From: Nocardioidaceae bacterium
GTDB lineage: Bacteria; Actinomycetota; Actinomycetes; Propionibacteriales; Nocardioidaceae
Direction: 5' to 3'
Assembly: GCA_013696555.1 (NCBI GenBank)
Contig: JACCYJ010000093.1
Coordinates: 1-54,818, forward strand
Length of the DNA stretch: 54,818 bases
Made by a program: the position numbers and the translations under genes. Shown here in pieces: positions 45,537 through 54,389 of the stretch; position 1 is the stretch's first letter, and each line of letters opens with the position of its first letter. The notes under the pieces are model-generated. The model was given only the letters and a program-made list of their open reading frames with translations, had not been told where the DNA came from and made no database searches.

Positions 45537-45938
45537 ATGGTGCGCATCATGCGCCGCTTCTCGGCCGCGCTCGTCGAGGCGATCAAGGAACCGATCACGC
45601 TGGCCGTGCTCGACGAGGTGGCTGACGTGCTGCGGGCGGGCCACTACACCCGCAACGTCGCACTCGCGCTGGCTGAGAATCAGGAGTACCTACGGGACAT
45701 GGTGCTCGAGAAGGTCAAGGAGGACCGAACGGTGGGGCGCCTTTCGCGGCTGCCGTTCCACGACTCCGTGGTTCAGGCGGCCACGGATACGACCCTGCGG
45801 GTGCTGCTCCAGATCATCGTCGACCCACGCACCGACGAGCTGATCGGCGACATCCTGCGACAGAACGTCGACCAGATTCGTGCCGACGTGCACGCCAAGG
45901 GAGTGGCCGGCGCCATTCGAAGCGTCGGAAGTGCTTGA
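45537..45938 (+). CDS. Hypothetical protein
   Basis: The ORF has protein-like composition (MVRIMRRFSAALVEAIKEPITLAVLDEV..). No family was recognised. Start is uncertain (45465 or 45537). Confidence 0.4.
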   Translation: MVRIMRRFSAALVEAIKEPITLAVLDEVADVLRAGHYTRNVALALAENQEYLRDMVLEKVKEDRTVGRLSRLPFHDSVVQAATDTTLRVLLQIIVDPRTDELIGDILRQNVDQIRADVHAKGVAGAIRSVGSA

Positions 45939-45995
45939 CTTCAAGTCTACTTTAACTCCCAAGATGTGGGGAGAGGAACATCTTGGAGGAACGCG

Positions 45996-46688
45996 ATGCC
46001 TACTGCGCTGATCACCGGAGGATCACGGGGCCTCGGTCGTGCGCTGTCGATAGCGCTGGCCGAGCGTGGCTGGGAACTGGTCATCGACGGCCGCGAGACT
46101 GAGGCCCTCGCCCGCATCGAGGCAGAGCTGGTGACGTCGACTGGCCGAATTCACGCCGTTCCCGGTGACGTGAGCGACGCCGAGCACCGGTCTGCCCTGG
46201 CGGCCGCTGTCAGCTCGATCGGAGGTCTTGACCTGCTCGTCAACAACGCCAGCATCCTCGGACCAAGCCCCCAACCGCGACTGGCCGACTACCCGCTCGA
46301 GGAGCTGCGCCGGGTGTACGAGGTCAACACCTTGGCGCCGTTGGCTTTGGCGCAACTGCTGCTGCCCGCTCTGCGACGCAGCCGCGGCACGGTCATCGAC
46401 ATCACCTCGGACGCCGCCTCGGAGGCCTATGAGGGCTGGGGCGGCTACGGCTCGGCAAAGGCAGCACTTGACCAGTTGAGCGCCGTGCTGGCCGCCGAGG
46501 AGCCGGACCTGCGGATCTACGCGTTCGATCCAGGCGACATGCGGACGCGGATGCAGCAGGAGGCCTTCCCCGGCGATGACATCTCCGACCGGCCCGAGCC
46601 GCACACGGTGGTGCCCGCTCTGCTGCAGCTACTCGCCGCGTCACCACCGAGTGGTCGCTACCGGGCCGCCGACCTGGCACTGGCATGA
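45996..46688 (+). CDS. Short-chain dehydrogenase/reductase (SDR)
   Basis: ITGGSRGLGRAL (TGxxxGxG), NNAS, YGSAKAAL (YxxxK). ATG at 45996 is preceded by GGAGGA. Confidence 0.85.
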   Translation: MPTALITGGSRGLGRALSIALAERGWELVIDGRETEALARIEAELVTSTGRIHAVPGDVSDAEHRSALAAAVSSIGGLDLLVNNASILGPSPQPRLADYPLEELRRVYEVNTLAPLALAQLLLPALRRSRGTVIDITSDAASEAYEGWGGYGSAKAALDQLSAVLAAEEPDLRIYAFDPGDMRTRMQQEAFPGDDISDRPEPHTVVPALLQLLAASPPSGRYRAADLALA

Positions 46689-47746
46689 CGGCACTGCTGC
46701 CTACCCAGGCCGCCAGCCCCATGGACTTCGTGCTGCCACCGGGTGCCCAAGCGACGGCCCCACCCGAGCGCCGCGGCCTGCGCCGTGACGGCGTGCGGAT
46801 GCTCGTCGCCTCGCCGTCGCGCGCCGAGCACCGTGTGTTCCGTGACCTGCCCGACCTTCTCGAGCCAGGTGATGTCGTCGTCGTCAATACCTCGGCCACC
46901 GTGCCGGCGGCACTGTCAGCGGTTCGCAGCGACGGTCGCCCAGCCCTGGTCCATGTGTCGACGCCGCTCGATGACGGCGAGTGGGTGATCGAGGTTCGAC
47001 AGCCGGGCAACGTGGGGCCCGCGAGTGACGTGACCCCCGGTGAAAGCCTTCGGCTGCCCGCCGGCCTGCGCCTCGACGTCACCCGGTCCTACCCCGTCAC
47101 CGGCCGAGACCGCGCCCGACTCTGGGCAGCGTCGCCTCGTCCGACAACCCCGCTGCTCGAGTACCTGTTCCGGCACGGCCAGCCCATCAGGTACGACTAC
47201 CTGTCCGGGGCGTGGCCGCTCAGCGACATGCAGACGGTGTACGCAACGCAACCCGGGTCGGCCGAGATGCCGAGCGCTGGCCGCCCGTTCTCGCCGTCGG
47301 TATTGGTTCGGCTCATGGCGAACGGCGTACCGGTGGTGCCGTTGGTGCTCCACGCCGGGGTCTCCAGTCCGGAGGCACACGAGCCACCGCTACCGGAGCG
47401 CTTCCGTGTCCCTGACGTGACGGCGCGGTTGGTCAACGCCACTCACGCGGCTGGTCGCCGGGTGCTCGCGGTCGGCACCACGGTCGTGCGGGCGCTGGAG
47501 ACGGCGAGCGACTCCCGCGGGACCGTCCGAGCGAGCCGCGGTTGGACCGATCTGGTCCTGGGACCGGACCGGCCGGCCCGAGTTGTCGACGCTCTGATCA
47601 CCGGCCTGCACGCCCCCGGAGCCAGTCACCTGCTGCTCCTCGAGGCTGTGGTGGGGCGCCCGGTGTTGGCGGCCGCCTACGCTGCCGCGTTGGAGCGAAG
47701 CTACCTCTGGCACGAGTTCGGCGACGTCACTTTGTTGCTTCGCTGA
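46685..47746 (+). CDS. QueA-family protein (S-adenosylmethionine:tRNA ribosyltransferase-isomerase-like)
   Basis: FRDLPDLLEPGDVVVVNTSATVPAAL, RVLAVGTTVVRALETA, VVDALITGLHAPGASHLLLLEA, YLWHEFGDVTLL parallel QueA conserved blocks. ATGA overlap with the SDR gene. Confidence 0.75.
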   Translation: MTALLPTQAASPMDFVLPPGAQATAPPERRGLRRDGVRMLVASPSRAEHRVFRDLPDLLEPGDVVVVNTSATVPAALSAVRSDGRPALVHVSTPLDDGEWVIEVRQPGNVGPASDVTPGESLRLPAGLRLDVTRSYPVTGRDRARLWAASPRPTTPLLEYLFRHGQPIRYDYLSGAWPLSDMQTVYATQPGSAEMPSAGRPFSPSVLVRLMANGVPVVPLVLHAGVSSPEAHEPPLPERFRVPDVTARLVNATHAAGRRVLAVGTTVVRALETASDSRGTVRASRGWTDLVLGPDRPARVVDALITGLHAPGASHLLLLEAVVGRPVLAAAYAAALERSYLWHEFGDVTLLLR

Positions 47747-47789
47747 CAGCTGTTGCTACGGTGACCCCTCCCCGGAGGGTGCACCTACC

Positions 47790-48553
47790 ATGCATGAGCT
47801 GGCGATCACCCAAAGCATCGTCGACGCCGTGACGGACCAAACCGCCGGCGCCACGGTGGCGGCCGTCCACGTGCGGGTCGGCCGGCTTTCCGGGGTGCTG
47901 CCCGACGCCATGAGGTTCTGCTTCGAAGTCGTCGAGGCCGCCCGTCTGGAGAGGACCTGGACGTCCGCATCGCCGCTGCAGCCGGCATCAACGACCCGCT
48001 GGATGAACGGGTCGTCGAGGCCTACTGGATCGGCAACGACCTGTTGGCCGCGGTCGATCCCGCCGACTGCATTGCGCAGCTGCGGTCCCGCTTCGCCGGC
48101 CAGGTGACCAGCGGGCTGGAATCGGTGGTGGAGGCGGTCCCGCACCACAGCTTCCACGTGTTCACGGTGTATCCGTGGGTCGCGATGCTCGGGCGGGGTC
48201 GGGACGCTGTCGCGCTGTCGGTGCTGGAGCAGTGCCGGATCCGATGGGGCACGGTGACCGCTGTGGCGGAGGAGCGCGCAACGGTGGTCTCCGAGCCGCT
48301 GACCTACGTCGATGGCGAGCTGGTGCTGGGCCCTGAGCGCGAGGAGTCGGTGCGGTGGTCGACCGGCGGCAGCTCCCTGGTGCGCGAGCTCGTCGACGGT
48401 GACCTGGTCGCCCTCCACTGGGACTGGGTCTGCGACACCCTCGACCCGGGGCAACTCGAAGCCCTCCGCCGCTGGAGCGCTCATCGATTGGCGCCTTCCG
48501 GCGAGCCGCATCGGCGTGTCGGCGACCGCTTGGCGCCAAACGACGGAGGTTAG
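47790..48553 (+). pseudogene. Chimeric relic: hypA 5' fragment (about 53 codons, frame 0) joined out of frame to the 3' two-thirds of a DUF6390-like gene (frame 2)
   Basis: MHELAITQSIVDAV..VHVRVGRLSGVLPDAMRFCFEVVEAA is a HypA N-terminus, and the Zn/Ni-binding CxxC part is absent. From about 47948, frame 2 reads EDLDVRIAAAAGINDPLDERVVEAYWIGN.., which aligns with residues about 70 onward of the 34446 paralog. The last about 22 codons and the stop come from repeat copy 4. Confidence 0.65.
48484..48547 (+). repeat. 63-nt dispersed repeat, copy 4
   Basis: tcgattGGCGCCTTCCGGCGAGCCGCATCGGCGTGTCGGCGACCGCTTGGCGCCAAACGACGg. Lies inside the 3' end of the 48044..48553 ORF. Confidence 0.85.
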
Positions 48554-48563
48554 GTCGCGGGAG

Positions 48564-50072
48564 CTAGCGCAGTGACGTGACCGTACGCAGCTCGGCGACC
48601 GCGGCTGCGTACGCCTCCTCGTACCTGCTTGCCCCTGCTTGCTCCAGTGCGTGCAGCCGACCGAAGCCGAAGGCCACCGCGGTGGAGGTGGCCTCCCTTC
48701 CGAGCCGCTCGTACCATTCGCGCGCTACCACGCTGTCTTGGTGGTTGCCGAGTGCCTTCTGCACCGCCTGCGCCCGGGCCCGGAGCTGGTCGGCCGGCTT
48801 GCCCAACGTCGGTTCGGCCATCTCGGCGGCGTACCGCAGCCGTTTGGCGGCCTTGCGTACGGCGTGCAGCGCCTCGTCGTGCGCGGTGCCGCCAGCCTCG
48901 TCAGCGGCGGCGACCCTCTTGGCGAAGCGCCGCCACGTCTTCGCGATGCGTCGGTCGAGGACCTTCTTTGCTCCTTTGGCCGCCTTGTCGGTGAAGGGCG
49001 GATCAGCGAGCAGGGATTTCAACGACGCCCGCAGCTCGATGTGCCGCCGCGAGTCGAGTGCCTCTCGCGCGCGGCGCATCGCCGCACGTTCATCCGTCCG
49101 CAATGCGGAGCGCACCGGGGTCGACATTGCTCGCACCGCGACCGGTGACTGCTCGGCGGCCACGGCCTCGAGCAGCCGTTCGCGCATCACCTCGAGATCA
49201 CGGACTTCGCTGAGCTCCTGGCCGAGCCAGCGCAGCTCGGACTCGAGATGACGAGCCGTGTCCTTGTCGAGCAGTGGGCGGGAGACCGCCAGTGCGCTGC
49301 GCAGCCGGCGGGCCGTGATGCGCATCTGGTGCTCACCGTCATGCAGGCCCAGCCGCACCTCCACCTCGCGGTCGGCGAGGCGCTCGGACTGCAGCGCGAG
49401 GTAGTCCCACAGCGCCGTTCCGGCTGCACGCCGCCGAAGGCCTTCCGGGCGGATGTGTCGCGGCGGCAAGTCGTTGCCCAATGCTCTGCGCAGCTTTGAC
49501 TGATGATCGGCTACCCGGCCACCCGCATCGGTGAGCCGCTCGCTCACCCGCTCGAGCAGGTCGGCATCGCCACCGGTGAGCTCGACCTCGACCTCCCGCC
49601 AGCTCTGCACGGCGGCCGGATCGTCACCTGGTCGATCAAGCCGGGTCACGTCAACCTGGTCGTCGCAGACCTCCGCGACCGCCAACTGGTCGGTGCCGAC
49701 AAGGACATGCACGGTGCGTGTCGTGCGTACCTCCACCACCTTGCGCAGCTCGGCTCCGAGGATGAGCGAAGACACGGCACGCCGGAGCGGGAGCGGGACC
49801 GTCGTCCCTCGACCGAGCGGTCGATGCACCTCCCGACGCTGATCGGTGCCTGCCGGGAGCTTCAGGTGCCAGCCGCCGTCGGTGCCACCCTGGCGGCGAC
49901 GCAGTGTCACATGGGCCCGCGCCAGCGCGAAGTCGGCGGTGTCGGAGTACGTCGCCACCAGCTCGATGGTCAGCGGAGCGGCCACCACCGTTGCCGCAGG
50001 AACGGTCAGGTCGGGGAGCACGATGCCGTCGGGCAGCTCGAACGTTCGCTCGATCTCGACGAACGTCTCCAT
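48564..50072 (-). CDS. CYTH + CHAD domain protein (triphosphate tunnel metalloenzyme with polyphosphate-associated domain)
   Basis: METFVEIERTF (CYTH ExExK-like start), then a long His/Arg/Lys-rich helical CHAD region (HQMRITARRLRSAL, HAVRKAAKRLRYAAE). ATG at 50072. Confidence 0.85.
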   Translation of the reverse strand: METFVEIERTFELPDGIVLPDLTVPAATVVAAPLTIELVATYSDTADFALARAHVTLRRRQGGTDGGWHLKLPAGTDQRREVHRPLGRGTTVPLPLRRAVSSLILGAELRKVVEVRTTRTVHVLVGTDQLAVAEVCDDQVDVTRLDRPGDDPAAVQSWREVEVELTGGDADLLERVSERLTDAGGRVADHQSKLRRALGNDLPPRHIRPEGLRRRAAGTALWDYLALQSERLADREVEVRLGLHDGEHQMRITARRLRSALAVSRPLLDKDTARHLESELRWLGQELSEVRDLEVMRERLLEAVAAEQSPVAVRAMSTPVRSALRTDERAAMRRAREALDSRRHIELRASLKSLLADPPFTDKAAKGAKKVLDRRIAKTWRRFAKRVAAADEAGGTAHDEALHAVRKAAKRLRYAAEMAEPTLGKPADQLRARAQAVQKALGNHQDSVVAREWYERLGREATSTAVAFGFGRLHALEQAGASRYEEAYAAAVAELRTVTSLR

Positions 50073-50083
50073 CCCGGCCGAGG

Positions 50084-51439
50084 TCACGTCAGCGCCGCCA
50101 GCGCGGTCTCGATCGCACGGTGAAAGGTCGGGTACGCCCACATCGAGTGACGCAGTGTCGCGACCGGCACTTCGGCACGGACCGCCACCGCAAGGGCGCC
50201 GAGGATCTCGCCACCGTACGGGCCGGCGCTCGTGGCCCCGACGAGCACACCGCGGTCGATGTCCTCGACCACCTTGATGAAGCCGTCGTTGCCAGGACCG
50301 TGCACATGGCCGCGGGCGGCTTCCGGAAGCGGCGCCGTCCCGGTGCGCACGGACAGCCCCGCCGTCTTGGCTTGTTTCTCGGTTATGCCGACGGCACCGA
50401 CTTCGGGATCGGTGAACGTGACCCGTGGCAGAGCGGCGTAGTCGGCCCCCGGACCCTCCTCGCCGAGGATGTCTCGGGTCGCGATGGCCGCCTGATACAT
50501 GGACACATGCGTGAAGGCCCCCTTGCCGGTGACGTCACCGATTGCCCAGATGCCGTCGGTGACCCGTAAGTGGTCGTCGACTTCGAGAAACCGCTCCGAC
50601 GCATCAACGCCCACTGAGTCGAGCCCGAGATCTTTCAACCGTGCACTGCGTCCGGTGGCCACCAGCAGCGTGTCGCCATGCAGCTCGTCACCCCCGTCGA
50701 GGGTCAGCGTAAACGTGCCATCTTCGTGCGCCACCGACGTGGTGTTGGCATCGCTGACCACCCGGATGTTTTCTCGCTCGAACACCTCCGCCAGCAGGCG
50801 ACCAGCCTCCGGTTCCTCGACCGCCAACAAATTCGGCCCGTTCTCGATCACCGTGACCTTGCTGCCGAACCGGGCGTACAGCTGCGCCAGCTCGACACCG
50901 ATCGCGCCGCCACCGAGCACGACGAGCGACCGGGGCACCGTACGCGCCTCGATCGCCTCCCGGTTGGTCCAGTACGGCACGTCGGCCAGCCCGGGTATGG
51001 GTGGGATCGCCGCAGACGTACCGGGGTTGAGCACGATGGCGCGACCCGCGTCGAAGCTCTCCCCGTCGACACTGACCCGGCCGGGGCCGGTGATGGTGCC
51101 GACGCCCTTGACCACCCTGCAACCGCGGCCCTCCAGCCGCTCGACAGCCGCGGTGTCGTCCCAATCGGCTGTGAGCTCTCGCACTCGCTTCGCGACCGGT
51201 CCCCAGTCGGCTTGGACTTGCGCACTGCCGGCCAGGTCACGGACGCGCCGCGCCTCGGCCAGGACATCGCCCGAGCGAATCATGGCTTTCGACGGGATGC
51301 ATCCCCAGTAGGGGCACTCGCCCCCGACGAGTTGCCGCTCCACCGCGACCACATCGAGTCCAGCGTCGCCGAGCCGCCCGGCCAAGTCTTCGCCACCGGG
51401 GCCAAGGCCAATCACGACGGCGTCAACGGACGTCGCCAT
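50084..51439 (-). CDS. Class I pyridine nucleotide-disulfide oxidoreductase (dihydrolipoyl dehydrogenase / mycothione reductase-like)
   Basis: VVIGLGPGGEDLA (FAD), redox-active GGECPYWGCIPSK (CxxxxC), VVLGGGAIGVELA (NAD), C-terminal dimerisation domain. Confidence 0.85.
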   Translation of the reverse strand: MATSVDAVVIGLGPGGEDLAGRLGDAGLDVVAVERQLVGGECPYWGCIPSKAMIRSGDVLAEARRVRDLAGSAQVQADWGPVAKRVRELTADWDDTAAVERLEGRGCRVVKGVGTITGPGRVSVDGESFDAGRAIVLNPGTSAAIPPIPGLADVPYWTNREAIEARTVPRSLVVLGGGAIGVELAQLYARFGSKVTVIENGPNLLAVEEPEAGRLLAEVFERENIRVVSDANTTSVAHEDGTFTLTLDGGDELHGDTLLVATGRSARLKDLGLDSVGVDASERFLEVDDHLRVTDGIWAIGDVTGKGAFTHVSMYQAAIATRDILGEEGPGADYAALPRVTFTDPEVGAVGITEKQAKTAGLSVRTGTAPLPEAARGHVHGPGNDGFIKVVEDIDRGVLVGATSAGPYGGEILGALAVAVRAEVPVATLRHSMWAYPTFHRAIETALAALT

Positions 51440-51440
51440 G

Positions 51441-54233
51441 TCAGAGCTTCAGCCCGACGTACTTCGTCTCCAGGTACTCCTCGATGCCTTCGGCCCCACC
51501 CTCGCGGCCGAAGCCGCTCGCCTTGACCCCACCGAACGGCGCCGACGGGTTGGAGACGATGCCCTGATTGAGTCCGACCATGCCGGTCTCGAGTCGCTCC
51601 GCGACATTCAAAGCGCGCGAGACGTCACGGGTGAAGGCATAGGCGACCAGACCAAACTCGGTGTCGTTGGCCATGGCGACCGCTTCGTCGTCGTCGGCGA
51701 ACGTGAACACAGGAGCCACCGGTCCGAAGATCTCCTCCCGGAACATTCGGGCTCTCGGCGGCACGTCGGAGAGCACCGTGGGGGTGTAGAACCAGCCGGT
51801 ACGATCCGGCGCGCTCCCGCCTGTGGCGACGGTTGCGCCGGCCTCGACTGCGTCATCGACCAGCTCACCGACCTTGTCGCGCTGCTTTTCCTCCACGAGT
51901 GGACCGACGTCGACGCCGTCATCGGTGCCGCGGCCCACACGGAGGTCGGACATCCGCTGCGCCAGCTTGGTAGTGAACTCATCGGCGAGCGATTCGTGCA
52001 CGAGGAAGCGGTTGGCCGCGGTGCACGCCTCACCGACGTTGCGCATCTTGGCGAGCATGGCGCCCTCAACGGCGGCGTCGACGTCAGCGTCGGCGAAGAC
52101 CAGGAACGGTGCGTTGCCGCCGAGCTCCATCGAGACCCGAAGCAGTCCTTGAGCCGATTGCGCTACCAACGTGCGGCCCACCTCGGTCGAGCCGGTGAAC
52201 GTCAGCTTGCGCAGTCGCGGGTCGCGGATCAGCGGCTCCATCACCTTCCCGGTCGACGAGGTGGTGAGGACGTTGAGTACACCGGGTGGCAGACCGGCCT
52301 GCGTGAGGATGTCGGCGAGCGCCAGCATGCTCAACGGTGTAAGGGCTGCCGGTTTGATCACCATGGTGCAGCCGGCCGCAACGGCGGGACCGATCTTGCG
52401 GGTCCCCATCGCCAGTGGGAAGTTCCAGGGGGTGATCATCAGGCACGGGCCGACTGGCTGCTTCATCGTCAGCAACCGAGTCGCTCCGTTAGGGGCCACA
52501 GAGTAGCGCCCCGCGATGCGTACCGCCTCTTCGGAGAACCACCGGAAGAACTCCGCACCGTAGGTGATCTCGGACTTGGACTCCTTGAGCGGTTTGCCCA
52601 TCTCCAGGGTCATGAGCAGCGCCAGGTCATCGGCACGCTCGGTGATGAGCTCGTACGCGCGACGCAGGATCTCACCGCGGTCGCGCGGGGGAGTGGCCGC
52701 CCATGTTGGTGCTGCAGCCACGGCAGCGTCCAGCGCAGCGGTGCCGTCGGCGACACTTGCATCGGCCACCTCGGCGATCACCTCGGTCGTCGCGGGGTCC
52801 TCGACACTCAGCTGCCGGCCGTCCTCGGCCGATCGCCAGTCACCGCCGATGAAGAGCCCGGTGGGGACGGCGTCGACCACCTTCGCCTCGTGACCGTCCA
52901 ACCCGGCGAGGGCGCCCATGGGGTCCCAGGCTGGCAACACGATCGGCTCGACGTCGAGCGCTGCCTGCAGCTCCTCGGACAGCACGTCGCGGCTAACCGC
53001 GATCTCGAAGACGTGCTCACCGAACCAGCTGTCGTTCATCGTCCAGTAGCCCTTGTCGGCCTTCTCGTCGCCCCAGCTGTTCTCGACGCGCCAACGGCGG
53101 GCGAGCCCATCGACGACGTCGACGCCGGTGAAGAGCATGGCGTGGGTCATCAGCGTCTCGTGGTGCACGAGCCGCTCGGCCTTCGTCATGGACAGATCGG
53201 CGTCATACACAGCGCTGTAGTCGTAGAGGCCGGCATCCCATAAACCCAACTCGAGGTTGGACATCTTGTCGGTGTCGCAGCCGAACCAGACCGGCTCCCC
53301 GCCGGTGATCGCATCACGCGCCAGCGATTTCATCAGATCCATCTCGACGTTGAGATAGACCACGGGAGGCGCACCGACGACGTTGCCGAGGTACTCCACG
53401 GTGTACGTCTGCCCGACTCTGCTGCTCGCGCGTGGGTCGTGGACGATGCACACGTAGTCGTCGAGCGGGATCGTGATGTAGCGCTCGGCGAACTCCTGCG
53501 GGGTCAGCTCGCCGTCACGGTGAAAGCCACGGTCCTTGTCCATCCACTGCCACCAGAACCGCTCCGGCGGGGTGCCGAGGTGGATGGCGAGAATGCGGTA
53601 CACCGCGGCCACCGCTTCGGACTTCGCCTCCCGCAGCTGCTCGGCGTCCTCGCCGGCGGCGGCGCGGGCGCGCAGATCGCGAGCGGCACGGCGCAACACC
53701 CGCCCCAGCCCGCGATTCATCCGGTGGGTCTCTGCCGACGACTGGGTCTCGGGCATCGCGACCTTGGGCACCAGGCCGTGCTTACGTACCAGGGCGACAA
53801 ACATGTTCCACTGCCCACCGTCGTCGGTAGGTGCATTGAGCAAGTGCGCCACGGTGCGGTCGTCGACATCGCGTTCTGCGGTCTCGATCATGGCCTCGAG
53901 CCAGTGGTTGGCCTTCTCGAGCTTGTCCCAGAACAGCAGATAGTTCTGGCTGAACTCGAAGTCCTTGAGGCCCATGCGTTGGGCAGCACCCACCCGGAGC
54001 AGGTTGAGTCCGGCGAAAAGCCAACACCGGCCACTCTTCTTCTGGTTGGTGACCCCCCAGTCGTCAAGCAGGTGTGAGACCGAGTGATCGATCGATGTCA
54101 CGACAGCGCGATCGAGAGCCACGTCGTCGATCGACGTCTTGGTGACGGCGTTCTGTGCCAGCCGATAGGCCGGGTTCGCCGCGAACTCCTTGGCGAATCT
54201 CTCGAGCTCGGGGCTGCTCAGAGCACGTTCCAT
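51441..54233 (-). CDS. Single ORF fusing aminopeptidase C (C1-like/bleomycin hydrolase family, residues 1 to about 443) to NAD(P)-dependent succinate-semialdehyde dehydrogenase (residues about 452 to 930)
   Basis: PepC part: QKKSGRCWLFAGLN (catalytic Cys), ending in the family C-terminus VLPAWDPMGALA. No stop follows. After GLDGHEAK comes VVDAVPTGLFIGGDWR.., with ALDH motifs ELGGNAP and GEACTAANR. An in-frame GTG at 52880 preceded by GAGG could also start gabD separately. Confidence 0.8.
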   Translation of the reverse strand: MERALSSPELERFAKEFAANPAYRLAQNAVTKTSIDDVALDRAVVTSIDHSVSHLLDDWGVTNQKKSGRCWLFAGLNLLRVGAAQRMGLKDFEFSQNYLLFWDKLEKANHWLEAMIETAERDVDDRTVAHLLNAPTDDGGQWNMFVALVRKHGLVPKVAMPETQSSAETHRMNRGLGRVLRRAARDLRARAAAGEDAEQLREAKSEAVAAVYRILAIHLGTPPERFWWQWMDKDRGFHRDGELTPQEFAERYITIPLDDYVCIVHDPRASSRVGQTYTVEYLGNVVGAPPVVYLNVEMDLMKSLARDAITGGEPVWFGCDTDKMSNLELGLWDAGLYDYSAVYDADLSMTKAERLVHHETLMTHAMLFTGVDVVDGLARRWRVENSWGDEKADKGYWTMNDSWFGEHVFEIAVSRDVLSEELQAALDVEPIVLPAWDPMGALAGLDGHEAKVVDAVPTGLFIGGDWRSAEDGRQLSVEDPATTEVIAEVADASVADGTAALDAAVAAAPTWAATPPRDRGEILRRAYELITERADDLALLMTLEMGKPLKESKSEITYGAEFFRWFSEEAVRIAGRYSVAPNGATRLLTMKQPVGPCLMITPWNFPLAMGTRKIGPAVAAGCTMVIKPAALTPLSMLALADILTQAGLPPGVLNVLTTSSTGKVMEPLIRDPRLRKLTFTGSTEVGRTLVAQSAQGLLRVSMELGGNAPFLVFADADVDAAVEGAMLAKMRNVGEACTAANRFLVHESLADEFTTKLAQRMSDLRVGRGTDDGVDVGPLVEEKQRDKVGELVDDAVEAGATVATGGSAPDRTGWFYTPTVLSDVPPRARMFREEIFGPVAPVFTFADDDEAVAMANDTEFGLVAYAFTRDVSRALNVAERLETGMVGLNQGIVSNPSAPFGGVKASGFGREGGAEGIEEYLETKYVGLKL

Positions 54234-54389
54234 TCAAGGCCTCCGGACGTCTGGACGGTCAACTCGCTGAGCGTACGCCAGAGCCACGATCGGCCGACGG
54301 AGAGTGGCCGGTAGTGGTTTGTCCGCAACTTGTGCACAGCGCCGGTGTGAGTACTCCCGTTGTCAGTGGGTGGGCATAGAATCGTACAC

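Noticed and set aside
8171-48547. The four 63-nt repeats as a CRISPR array
   Set aside because: The copies are 4 to 20 kb apart, one is inverted, and there are no regularly spaced short spacers or cas genes. They are dispersed REP/MITE-like elements.
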